From Lobosporangium transversale (Eukaryota), in the NCBI RefSeq assembly GCF_002105155.1, contig NW_019028990.1, positions 248,001 through 312,000 of the forward strand: a stretch of DNA of 64,000 bases. The letters are read 5' to 3'. Below are positions 15,310 to 27,067 of the stretch, piece after piece. The first letter of the stretch is position 1; every line of letters starts with the position of its first letter. Under the pieces are notes generated by a model, which saw only the letters and a program-made list of their open reading frames with translations, was not told the origin of the DNA and searched no databases. A program made the translations under genes and the position numbers.

Positions 15310-15865
15310 ATCAGATAAGCTAAAAAAGAAAGGATATCGGGTAAGAAGCAGAGAACAAATGGGGGGAGATATATTTGTGTATATATATATATATATATAT
15401 ATATGTTATTGTATAGAGTATATATATATATGCATTACATGTATTGTGGGAATAAAAGAGACTGTAGCTATGCGAGAGACAAAGGCGAGTCGTATGATGA
15501 CCATAAATGTCCTTGATCAATCTCCTTTTTTGCTTTGTGTTCAAGGATCGACAGAGTTTTTTCTATTGTTATTCAAACTCCACACGGTCCACATGACAAA
15601 GCAAAGAGTTGGTCTAATCGATTGAAATTGAATGGTTTTATAAATCCACACTAGTGTACGTGTAGTGTGTGTGCAGTAGTGTGTGTTTAGAAGAAAGGAA
15701 ATAAAAAAAAAAAAAAAAAAAAAAAAAAAGCGGCATGGATGAGTGGTGGCACAAGGTTTTTTCTTTTGTTTCTATGAGAGAACAAGCCACTTTGAACGTG
15801 GGTTTTTGTTATCAGATCCAATATTTTTTTTGTCCTGAATTTAATGGCAGTAAAAAATCAGATAA
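15310..15865. promoter_or_regulatory. Three SreA/Fep1-type iron-repression GATA boxes upstream of FTR1
   Basis: ATCAGATAA 15310-15318, TTATCAGAT (reverse complement of ATCTGATAA) 15809-15817 and ATCAGATAA 15857-15865 match the ATCWGATAA consensus. Confidence 0.7.
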
Positions 15866-16258
15866 ATAGACAGCCCATTTAATATTTTTTTAATTTTTTT
15901 ATTTTTTACGTACGACTTTTTACTCCTTTATTTCCCTTCTTTTTCCTCTTTTCCTCTTTTCCTCTTTTCCTCTCCCCCCCTTTTTCTTTTCTTTTTTTTT
16001 TTTCTCTTCTTCTCACACTTTCCTCTCCTTCCTCTTCGCTCTTTACGCCGTTCAACTTTTTCTTTTTTTTTTTTTTTTGTTCGTGTCACGACTTTAGTTC
16101 CTCATTCAGCTCATTCAATTGCAATCCATTTTTTATTTTTATTCTGGATTCATTACTTACGACCATAAACAACAACACAAACAACAAAACAAAGTTCTTT
16201 TTATATTCATCAATTCAATACAACCACTATAATATCAACTAAAAAGTAAAAAAAAAAA

Positions 16259-16564
16259 ATGGGAGCAGAAGAATATTTCTCAATCCCAATCTTTTTCATC
16301 ATCTTTCGAGAGACTGTCGAGGCAGCCATTATTGTCTCCGTCCTACTCTCGTTCTTGAATCAAGTCTTGACAGATGATCAAGCCGTGCGCAAACGTCTAA
16401 GTCGCCAGGTAAGAAAAAAAAAAAAAAAAAAAAAAAAAAGATAAATGTTACCTTAAAACTTGAGCTCGTTGTAAAACTATGACTATGACTATGACCCAGC
16501 GACTAATGTCTGTTAAACCTTCCTTCTTCTACTTCTTTTACTGCGAACTACAACTTCCATTACC

Positions 16565-16601
<37 letters not shown>

Positions 16602-16717
16602 TTTAGGTGTGGGCTGGTACTGCACTTGGGTTACTTATTTCGCTGGCCATGGGAGCAGGATTCATTGTTATCTGGTACGTATTTTATAGAATCATTGACT
16701 TCTTTAACTTGTCCTTT

Positions 16718-16751
<34 letters not shown>

Positions 16752-17672
16752 CACACGCTTATTTTATATATATGTTTTTTCTCTATCTCTTTTTCATCCA
16801 GGAATCTTTATGCTACCAACCTCTGGGCGATCAGCGAAGGAATCTGGGTTGGATGCTTCTCATTCGTGGCCGTGATAATGATTACAGTGATGGGAATTGC
16901 CATGCTTCGAACCAACCAAATGCAAGAGAAATGGAAGCTCAAGTTGAGGAAGGCTATGGATGATGAAAATGCAGAGGGTCTCGGGAATCAATCCCGTAAA
17001 TACGCTCTGTTCCTCTTACCTCTCATCACAGTCTTGCGTGAAGGTTTGGAGGCCGTTGTCTTCATCGGTGGTGTCACCTTCACAGAAGAACTTGAAGCGA
17101 TCCCCTTGGCCATCTTGGCAGGGTTGGGTCTAGGTTGGTTAGTAGGATTTGCCATCTATCGTGGAGGCAATCGAATGGGACTTCATCGATTCTTTGTAGG
17201 ATCTACTTGTTTGTTATTATTGGTCGCTGCAGGATTGGTCGTCAAGGGCATTGCAGCGTTCGAAGCAGATCGATGGAACAGATTAACAGGAGCACAATCG
17301 GATGATGATGGTACATTTGATCCTCGAGTCAATGTCTGGGCCCTCAAATGCTGTGATCCTAAAACACCCGATGCCGGATGGTGGGGCGTGGCCAATTCAT
17401 TGGTCGGTTGGAGCAACGTGGCCTCTTACTGGACCATTGGCTCTTATATCCTTTATTGGGGTCTGGTCTCTGCATGGTTGATTCGATCCAAGACAAAGAA
17501 GACCAAGGCTCTGACGGCTGAAAAGAGACCTCTTCTCGCAAACACTGCAGGTCACATCGATTCTTCTGCTACTGTTGTCGCTGCCTCTGCTCCTACTCAT
17601 GCTCCTGCTTCTACATCTACATCTGGAGGATATCGTCGTATTATGGATGATAACGAGATTACTGTCGCCTAA
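16259..17672 (+). CDS. FTR1: High-affinity iron permease; exons 16259-16408, 16607-16674, 16802-17672
   Basis: Two RExxE motifs (FRETVEAAII, LREGLEAVVF), multiple TM helices, and W....C.P plus GWSNVASY. Confidence 0.95.
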
Positions 17673-18282
17673 GAAAAAAAAAAAAAAAAAAAAAATTCCC
17701 ACGTTGGCCCTCCTCCTCCCCGTTTTTGCCTTCCCCTTCGCCTCCTTCATTTATTTCTTTTTAGTACACATAATTTTGTTTTTATTTTTTATTTTTTATT
17801 TTTGCACATAGTCTATTAGTTCGCATATTATACATATATTCATACACACCCAATTTGTTTTCACCTTTTTTTTTTTTTTTTTTATTGTACAGTTGTCTGG
17901 CAGCATGTTTTAAGCTGACAGGTAATAAAGCAAAAGCAAATAACCAACCAAATATACAAATACAAATACCAAATATGTTATATTTCTATACAGAAGTCAC
18001 CTTTTTTTTTTTTTTTTTTTTTTTGCAGTAATAGGTTTCCTTACAATTTCATATGAAAAAAAGGAATGAATGCTCATGTGACAAACCAAGATTATAAATT
18101 TACAAAGTGTCAAATGCCAATGAAAATAGGCTTACTTACTACCCTCCTTGTCTTGCGTCAACGTTTTTTTTCTCATCTCCTTATTTCCTTATTTTTTGAA
18201 TTATTTATTTCCTAAAAGTCTAAAAGTGGAGTTTATAAGAAAAAAAAAAGGAATAAGGTATATATCAATCATAGTCTATATT

Positions 18283-20523
18283 TTATACTTTTGTTGTTGC
18301 TGTAGTCATAATCTCAGATTTGGGCCCACAGCTACAAAAACTGTTCACAAGATCAACAATTCCAGTTCGCATCCTCTCTGCTTCTTCCTTCAGAACACGA
18401 TGCTGTCCCTTGTTGTGGCCTTCATCATTCAAGGCTGCCCGTCGAAGCCTTTCAAATTGCTTCGATACATCCACAGGTAAGGTCAAGAACAAGGTGCTTG
18501 GTGAGCTCATTAAAAAAAGTGTTCCAAATACTAGAGCACTCTCATGTTGTTGACTCGATATATCAACATTATCAGGCGCAGGGAAAGCGGATGAAACGAG
18601 CGAAAACAATTCTGTGGATCGGACAGATTGAATCAATTCGGTCGTATCTCGAAGTCGATGCGCTTGTTGTTGACTAACCCAGAATGCATACTCGCGTGGA
18701 ATGCCCTGTAAGACAACCGAAAACATCCGGTCCAATGTCTGTGGGTTCTCCATCTGAATACGACTCGGAAGGTCCTTACAGAAAGTCTGTGCTAATGAGG
18801 TCCAGCTCATCTTGTTGTCAGCTGTATGATTGGGTGTTTTGGTGGCGCTTGTAGAGGAGCAACTAGTAATATTCTTAAAAGTCTCTGAAGCAGTTGTTCC
18901 TTGTGCAGCAGAAGTGGTGATATTATAAGCATGCTCCGCTGACATTGTTGTAGTAGTAGAAGCAGCCAGAACAGTTTTTGAATCCACTGCTTGGGCAACA
19001 TTCACTGTGGCTGTGTTCGATTCTGTTACAGTCGTTGTCGTGCCTGATGTGAGATTGCTAGTAGAAGCCTCTCCTGTTATTGGAGCATTGGGTTCGATAG
19101 TTGCCTTGGGGATCTTGCATAATGAAATGGCTGGCTGGTTTGGGTTGGCTGACAATAAAAAGTAACCACGCGATGTCCCTGTCTCCACATCAATTGGAAA
19201 CAAGGACTCATAAAGTTTCTCTACAGAGACAAAGTAAGAAGGGTATTTGAATCTTGCAGTGTCCAGCACCAGTACCATCCCTGCCTTGGGCACATATCCT
19301 CCAATAGGGCTAATCGTTTAAAACATCAGCATAATGTTAGTCTTCTGAATTCTGGGCCATGGGAAATATAATATATACGCGACAATGCTAAAAAAAAAAA
19401 AAAAAAAAACATCTCCAAATGCAAGTTGGACCTTACCTAAAGTGTCCATCTCCTGTCTGACCAAGAGCCTTTCTTGAAAACGATACGACCATATGGATAT
19501 CATCACGACTGCAGACCATTTCTAGGTCTTTTTTAAATTGCTCCAATGATGTTTGGTTTGCTCGACGAACTTGGACATCACAGTGACATTTGCTTAAACA
19601 GGCAAATTGATTAAAAGTGATACCCTTGGCCTTGACTTGTTCTGTCGGTGCACAGCACTGCAATAACTCGTCACTATACCATCGCCAAGCGCCTTTCCAT
19701 TGTCTCTGTGGATCTACCTCCAATGAATTGAGAACCATGGCTAATGAGCTGGGCCCACAAAAGGCTGTCTCACTCTGTGTCGTGAAATTTCCCACAAGAG
19801 AAAAATAACCTTCGCCTAAAAAAAAAAAAAATAGATCATCAATTTATTAGTCCATGCATAGATGACAAAAAAAAAATTTTTTTTTTTTTTCCTTTAATGC
19901 AGATTACCCGTTAGAACAAATAAAAAATATTAGATGTAGATAGATCTATTACCATAACCTTCTTCAAGCATCTCACGAAACAATTGTTTGCCTTGAGGAC
20001 TTGTGAAACTGATTAGATGATCGGGTAGTTTGCGACGATAAAATGACTTTTTTAGATTCAAATTATCACAGGAGGGTTTTTTAACAGCTTGGGCGGAGAG
20101 TCCCGTAGGGTCATAGGAGAAAGGAAGTATTCTTGGTATATGGGTAGAGGAAGAAGGAGCAACACCAGAAGCAGCAGAAGCGGCGGCGGAGGAAGGGGTA
20201 GTGGTAGCAACAACAGGCGGTGGAGTAGAAGAACTAGTGGTTTTCGTTGAAGCAGAAGCATTAGAGCTCACAGAACAAGGAGATGTGGCCTTGGGTGCAG
20301 CTGTAGGTGTGCTTGTTGCTGGTTTCGAAGACTTTGCAGTGGTTGAAAAGAATGAAACAGATGGGGAAGAAATTGAAATCTTCTTTTGAGGAATTGAATT
20401 CAAACGGCAGGGACATGAATGAGGAGTGAAGATGAATCCTGCACCTTGACCTCTACGGCCAGTTGAGGCCAAGGTATTAATCAGACCATTCTTAGTGGCG
20501 AGCAAGGAACGATTGGACGCCAT
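18283..20523 (-). CDS. PCS: Phytochelatin synthase (papain-like Cys-His-Asp); exons 20523-19953, 19815-19437, 19309-18283
   Basis: FYRRKLP, QSETAFCGPSSLAMVLNSLEVDP, WRWY, GQTGDGHFSPIGGY (across an intron) and LVLDTARFKYP. Confidence 0.95.
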
Positions 20524-20734
20524 GTGTGTTTATTACAGTAAGGGAGATAAGGGAGGAATAGGCGTCTATATAATGGAGAGAGAGAGAGTATGTGAATGTA
20601 TATGAGAACAAGAAAAAATGAGTGTCAATGTAAAAAAAAAAAATAACGAAAAAGTGGGCGCAAGTGGAAAAGGAAATAAAAAGAATAAAAAAGCGTGACC
20701 TCGAAAATGGAAAAGATCGGGTCATTTCTGGAGA

Positions 20735-20815
20735 ATCTGATAAGAAAAAAAAAAAAGATCAGGCATGCCCGCAATAATAGTTTTAGTCTCCCTTAATCAA
20801 ATTAGGATCTGATAA
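20735..20815. promoter_or_regulatory. Two SreA-type ATCTGATAA boxes 210-290 bp upstream of the PCS start codon
   Basis: ATCTGATAA at 20735-20743 and 20807-20815. Confidence 0.6.
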
Positions 20816-20819
20816 GACA
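20798..20819 (+). repeat. 22-bp direct repeat, left copy (CAAATTAGGATCTGATAAGACA)
   Basis: Identical to 34171-34192. Confidence 0.9.
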
Positions 20820-22217
20820 GTAAAAAAATTAATAAATCAGGCACTCCTCTCTTTTTCTCCCGCCTTGTCTCACTTAGTTTTAAACTTCTTTAAAAGGCTC
20901 ACACGCATTACTTCTTGCGCAGTATGCTAATTAAATAGTGCATACTGTGTGGATTTTTGCTTGCTGCTTGTTTTTCAACTCTTTATCCTAGAAGCAAGTA
21001 TACAGCCAGCTATTACTAGTGCATGGTCATGTCGTGCTTTATCACCGATAATGCTGTATTCTAATTACAAACGAGGTTGCACTAATTGAATGCAAATAGA
21101 GAGCATACAAGGCCCCAGTGGGTGTTTTTCAGAAGAGTAAGTGTTATCTATTTCATGGGCATGTAAAGATAGATTAAAATAAGCCTAATTTTCAACTACT
21201 TCTTCACCCGCAACCTTCCATCACTGCACATCCATTTTCAAGTGACGAGGAGAAATACGGTAATAAATAAAAACCTTTGGGTTCTGACTTTGATCCTTGA
21301 CCTATGTCACATACTATCCACGATCCCATTTACCGACAGAGCACATTTCTGTTTCGCCTTTAACCTTTTCAGAGGTTGACAAGCTCCATCATGATATCTT
21401 GGACGCGCTGGCGAAGACGGCATTTACAAGTCTCCGAGTCCCTGAACCTTTATCATCAAAATCTTCTCCGCCCTCATCGACTTTGATAGTCCAGGCTCCT
21501 AACTATTTTTCTTGATAATAGAGTCACCCATACCCTCTGCCTCGATTATCGCAAGTACCCCAAGACTGACAACGTCTTCTCGCTCCTCTAAGAAGCAGAA
21601 ATGTGTGTATTACCATAGGACCTTGACACAGTCTTACTCCCTCATTGATAAAAAGTGGTAAGTCCAAGCAAGTGTGCAGAAAAAGCATTGAGGTTTATAC
21701 CAGTTAATGATATGATTCAAAAATAGACATTTAGGTAAATGGAGAGAAGAAAGTAGATCTTGTTTCAAAAATTCCAACATACCCTCTTCTCACCCTACTA
21801 GATGCGAGTTTATTCTTTGTCCGTCATTCTCACCTTCTGGGATGGTCTGTTTGCAATTGTGGGCTCAAATATTTGGTGTCATTGCCAACAAGACAGCACT
21901 TCTAACGTAAGTAACCCATTGGGTTCTCCACAGGATTCTTCATCTCTATCCGTTTTTACAAAACTCTTTGATAATAGTATCACAAAATTCTGCCTTTTCT
22001 TGCATACAAGATCGCATAATGATCACAGCTTTATAAAGTTCTAAATGCCCTAGTAGAAGGGAGGACGGATTAAACCGCTTTATTCGTCTAGAAGGTAAGT
22101 GGATAATGATGGCTTCATTCATAAAGAATGAACCATTGTAAAAATTTCTCAAGGAACGGGTATAATGCTTTTTTTTTAAAAAAAGACAAAATTTCATCCA
22201 CTTGATTGGTATTCGAT

Positions 22218-24467
22218 TTAATTCTCCAGATTCGTACCGGCTGATCCTCCTGAATATGCAGCTTCGATGTCGATTTTTATGACACGCTGTCTTACATGTT
22301 TTGAGCATTTATATGGATTCTGGATGACCGTATTTCTGGTGGTAAGAAAGTTCTGAACTTTAAAATCGTCATATACGTCTCCTGGCACCACAAAATAGAG
22401 GAAAATAGTATCATCACTTCCCTTCGACTTTGATTGGTCTCCCTTCAAGCAGGGTCCAGTAATACAATCAATCGTCTGACTGGAGATCCCTAAAGGGAAA
22501 TCTAATATCACCACGTCGAAATAAGTGATAAGCATAGATTTCAAACAGTGGGCCTTTAACTATATCCTCTCCGCCTATGACAAGTCTCGCCAACACATCG
22601 ACCCAAGTGTTATCTTTTATTTTGTCCATAATCTGTGATTCGACCCAACGAGATGCCCACACCAGGTAGAAGTCGAGATGGTCAGAAGTGGGGACTCTAT
22701 GGAGTAAACGACTAAATTCACTCGCTTCTTTTCCTCGTGCAAAGAGGCTTAGAAGATCTGCTGGTTTCTCGAGTGTACTAATGGCATCATTGACGCGGAA
22801 TAACGCAGCTTCTTTAGCACGCTCAGTATTTTTTTGATTTTTGGATAGTACATCGGCTGGACACTGTAGAACCTGTCTTGGCACGCCCCCCAAGTAGTAA
22901 AAAAGCTCCTCCAAAAATGCTTCACTCACTACATGAAAAAACTTTACACTGGCTCTACATTCCTTAAGCTCATCCAGACTCCAGAGTGACATGTGATAGT
23001 AGCTATCTGGTGTATTTTCCTCGGTGAGTTCATCGTAATGCTCATAGAGAGTTCTTGGCGATACTGAAAATATCGTCCTGGCTTTACCTGGTTGAGGATT
23101 TTTACCACTATCAACTAAATACCACGTTTCACGTTGCTCAAGGAAATTTTCGAAATCTACTCTCTCCCCATAACATTGGCAAGTTGTTCCTCCGTAGGCA
23201 TAACATTTGGTATTCTGCTTCTCTTGGAAAATAATAATCGGTGGATTTTCCTCATCGTGTTCGGCAAGGAGGCGGATGGCAAAATAGACCAAAAAGGCCG
23301 ACTTCCCAATTCCAGGCGTTCCAGTGATAAAGAGTCGGTTCAAACGAGTTACTTCATGAGGGGTACTTAATTCGGATGTAATATGGTCATAAAGCTCTTT
23401 ATACTCATCTCTGATATAAAGATGCCTTGTTTTAGCAATAGGGAAGATACAACCCTCAGGGGCAGTCAATATTTTGGAATCCTTGATACCACCAGAATTT
23501 CGGAGCTCGCGAGCCACGCTAATAATGCTGTAGTAAATACTATCTACTGATGTCTTCCCCATGTACGAAAGCAGCTTGACCCTCTCTTTCGAGTTTAGAC
23601 GCGGGATGGCAGGGCTACCATTCACTATCCCTTTCGTTACAAGCCCTGCTTCTGTAATCGCATCCATAAGAGGATTTCTGCTTATACTTGGACGAGCTTT
23701 TTTAGAGGGTGACTCTGATAAAGGAGATAGAGTGATCAAAGTCAATATTTTTGATTTATTGCACTGCACATTACTCTAAATTGATCAATAACCAGGTTCT
23801 CAGCCAAAAGCACTCACCAGAATCTCCATCTTGTTTTCTTTTCTGACCTAAGTATCAAAAGCGAATAATGAGAAAGAACGTTGAGTTATCAAGACACAAA
23901 CCAAATGGCGACATTATGCACATGGCCGTTTAAGATACAAACCAAGCTTCATCAGCTGGAAATATCAACAATCAGTCCATCAAGAGCCAAAGATATACCT
24001 CGCTGTGGTGGCTTGACAAAAACATGGATAGTTTTCTCTGGAAGTTCAGAATTAAATATGTCCCCAAGCTTCCTTGACGCGGGTGCGAGAGCCTCTTTTG
24101 ACTCGATTTCTGACTCGACGACGGTCTTGTCTTCGTCAGGGATGGAGACCTTATAGAGGGTGAGATCTTTGGGCTTAATGCTTGGATCCACAGTAATATT
24201 GGGGTAGATTGCTTGCTTGAGCATCCCGACCGATTTATCGCAGAAAATCTCTACTGGGAACGACCTTGCTTCTCCCTCGACAACGCAGTTCAGCAGTAGC
24301 AGTGGGATGGCGCGCTTTTTTCGTTGTGGGTGCTGGTTTACTCTTTTTCGTTTATTGAGTGTGGAGGCATCCTCAGGCTTATTTGCAGTCATTTTTTTTT
24401 GTGCTTGGCTCTCTGTGGAATCATTTGCAGCCATGTTTTTTTGTGTTGAGCTCCTTGTGGTGGCCAT
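22218..24467 (-). pseudogene. Crinkler (CRN) gene: ubiquitin-like header, P-loop NTPase and remnant C-terminal domain, disrupted near 22470; exons 24467-23999, 23847-23818, 23714-22468
   Basis: Header LLNCVVEGE..SFPVEI..LTLYKV..TIHVFVKPP, Walker A ITGTPGIGKS, WYLVDS, W..DEL..C, GGVPR, GPLFE. The ORF stops at QSDD* while the family-typical LYFVVP..VYDDFK.Q tail continues in another frame (22218-22460). Confidence 0.8.
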
Positions 24468-24818
24468 TGAAAATTAAGATGAGTGTGGTTGAAATGCAGG
24501 GAGAATGATGGGTAAATAGGCAAAGGTATATTCTATACTCTTTCACACTCGTGGTCGCTGTATGAAAACAATAATGAAAGATGTGTAAGGCAAAAAAAAA
24601 GAAGGAAAGGAAAGGAAAGATAAATTTGTTCCTTTATTTCAAGGTTAGGCTTTGCGTGAGAAAATATTTTTTCAAATCAGCCACGTGCCATTTTCTGGGT
24701 CATTGTGACGTGACAATCTTTAGTGCGCAAAGAACTCATTTCTCAGTCTCGTCACCAGCCTGAGGACGAAGTTCATGTGCACATGCACAGGCTGGGACCA
24801 AACTTGACATTTTGGCCG

Positions 24819-25199
24819 GAGGTCTCTTTTTTTAAATTTGAAAAAGTTTCAAAGTCAAACACACCGCTAGGAAAGGCTCTTTTTTTTTCTTAGTCATTTA
24901 CACCATAGGGAATAGCTTTTTTTTATTTCTTTTAATTTTTCTATATTTGTTTAAAGGTGAGAATGATGAGAGGTAAATTTCGTAGTGATAATCAGATGAA
25001 TAAATGAGATTGTGAAGAAAAACAGTAGCATGCTTCACACGTAGGCCATTTTCCTCTGATCTGTAGGACTTTGCTTGAAAAAAAATGATTTAAAAAAAAA
25101 AAAGCTGTCCCCTGTGGTGAAAATGACTAAGAAAAAAAAGAGCTTTTCCTAGCGGTGTGTTTAACTTTGAAACTTTTTCAAATTTAAAAAAGAGACCTC
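24819..25199. mobile_element. Foldback/MITE-like element, about 380 bp with about 105-bp terminal inverted repeats
   Basis: GAGGTCTCTTTTTTTAAATTTGAAAAAGTTTCAAAGTCAAACACACCGCTAGGAAAGGCTC is mirrored by GAGCTTTTCCTAGCGGTGTGTTTAACTTTGAAACTTTTTCAAATTTAAAAAAGAGACCTC. No clear target-site duplication. Confidence 0.85.
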
Positions 25200-25609
25200 T
25201 TATAATTTAACTGTAACCTAGACAAATGTGCTTGGGTCTTAAGGATGCCATCTCAGTCATATTCGCTATCTATCTTTTTCCCTCGCGTCCCGGTCACATC
25301 CCTGAACGTGTTGCTCAAACTTTTTAAAGCGTACCCCTTCATCAATCATCTTTCCTGTACCTCAATGGGACCAGAGCACCAATGCCAAGAAAATTCGGCC
25401 GAAGATGACTGGTAGTACGGGGCATACTGGATAAGTAGAATTGGATGAGAAGAGTACTTAAATATTAAAATAATCAATCTTAAACCTTTTTTTTTTTTTT
25501 TACTTTATTTAAAAGCTTCACAGGAGAAAACTATATTCTCTCTTCCAAACATCGGCTCACACCAAAGTGCTGATTTTACTTGCTCTCAGTTGCTTTTATT
25601 GATTTTGGA

Positions 25610-25951
25610 TTAAGAAAAGTAGTTGGGGCACGAAGTTGGATCCCTTGAGGGGATACCGGACTTGCCAAAGGACATGCTGTCCACCCACTGCGCATTATAT
25701 TGGGTCTTACCCTTAGCAAGGGGAGTATAGCTTCCAGTGCAATCGGTGCTTGAGAATAGCTTAACATCTCCTACGTCTCTGTTGTAGATCTTGGCCGTTT
25801 GGGTGTTGATGAGGCAATAGCACGCTCTGTAGCCTGAGTATTCGTAAAAAGTGCGAGTCCAGCCCGCGCTGTTTGTGATATCAACATGGTAATCTCCTTG
25901 AGCAAGCGCACCAGCTGCACAGAGTGCCAACAACAAGAGTGATTTATGCAT
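25610..25951 (-). CDS. Small secreted cysteine protein, type A copy 1 (113 aa)
   Basis: Signal peptide MHKSLLLLALCAAGALA; mature region with CxC, LFSSTDCTG, WVxSxSFG, CPNYF; putative 5'UTR intron 26083-25971. Confidence 0.9.
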   Translation of the reverse strand: MHKSLLLLALCAAGALAQGDYHVDITNSAGWTRTFYEYSGYRACYCLINTQTAKIYNRDVGDVKLFSSTDCTGSYTPLAKGKTQYNAQWVDSMSFGKSGIPSRDPTSCPNYFS

Positions 25952-26725
25952 TTTTTTTTTAGATCGATATCTATTGCAGAGAAAAGCCAGGAAGAGCAAC
26001 AAGAGTTCAAAAAAAGATCAGAAGGCTTGAGGGCACAGATCCTGAAGATCAAATACTAAAAGAATAAGGGAACAGGGACTTACGGTGTGTATTGAGAAAG
26101 AGGATGATGAGCCATTTGTTGGTGGGAAAGGCCCTGTTTTTATATGAAGCATGATGTCCTGTGAAAATAAATCCTGGGACTCGATCGCTGAGATCGAACT
26201 CTAAAGTTTACACTAAATTGCCACTATCAGGGTGCTCTTTCCCAAACCTACCGAAATCAATCCTACTGTTGCATGTTACAGGGTCTACTTCAAGGTAAAA
26301 GAGAGAACAGAAAACAGGTTCTTTGCTTTCTAATTAATTGCTTTTTTGTTTTGAGTTCGGAAAACGGCGTTTGCAAATAAACTAAGCGAGCGCCCCATAT
26401 TAACTCAAAGGGAGCGCCGTGTGCGCACAAACTTAAAGAAAGCGCCGTTGAACTCAAAGAGTGCGCGCTTTTTGATTTAGTGTGCATGGAATCATTCCAT
26501 TCTTCGGATACAAATATCTCCGTTCTCCTCAACACAAACCTTTCATCACCGATCTCTTTTCTTATTCTCTGTATGCCTTCATTCTTTTTTTTTTTTTTTT
26601 TTTTTTTTTAAACATACTTCTTTGTCTCTGAATTAGCTAATGCCCTGAACTTCTGACTTGCCTGATGCCTAACATCCTAAATCTCTCTTGTTTCTTCCTT
26701 TATGGCTTCTCTAGAGTGACCAGCA

Positions 26726-27067
26726 ATGTATAAATCACTCGTCTTGTTGTTAGCAGTTTGCTCGAACGTTGTCCTCGGCTACCACTACGTTACGATCGAG
26801 AACAACGCTGCCAAATATTATTCGACCGCTGCACTGCAAGATCTGGAGAGAAAGTGCATCTGTGTCAAGAATACTCAAACCGCTGCAATCAGAGGAGTCA
26901 ATGGAGGAACCATCAGGCTGTTCAAATCTAACGACTGCACAGGAACCTATCAAACTCTAGGAAGCAATAGCTACCTAAAGAACACATACTGGGTGAACAG
27001 CTACTCATTCGGTGCATCGGGTATGGCATCATCAGGCCCAAATGGATGCCCAAACTACTTTGCCTAG
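26726..27067 (+). CDS. Small secreted cysteine protein, type B copy 1 (113 aa)
   Basis: Signal peptide MYKSLVLLLAVCSNVVLG; same CxCxxNTQTA, LF..xDCTG, WVNSYSFG, CPNYF skeleton as type A; putative 5'UTR intron 26571-26714. Confidence 0.9.
   Translation: MYKSLVLLLAVCSNVVLGYHYVTIENNAAKYYSTAALQDLERKCICVKNTQTAAIRGVNGGTIRLFKSNDCTGTYQTLGSNSYLKNTYWVNSYSFGASGMASSGPNGCPNYFA

Noticed and set aside
21297..21640. Coding-like stretch at the left end of the island
   Set aside because: Short, interrupted by stops, with no ATG or recognisable domain.
21946..22308. 120-aa ORF downstream of the CRN, possibly a displaced piece of it
   Set aside because: No motif I can assign with confidence.
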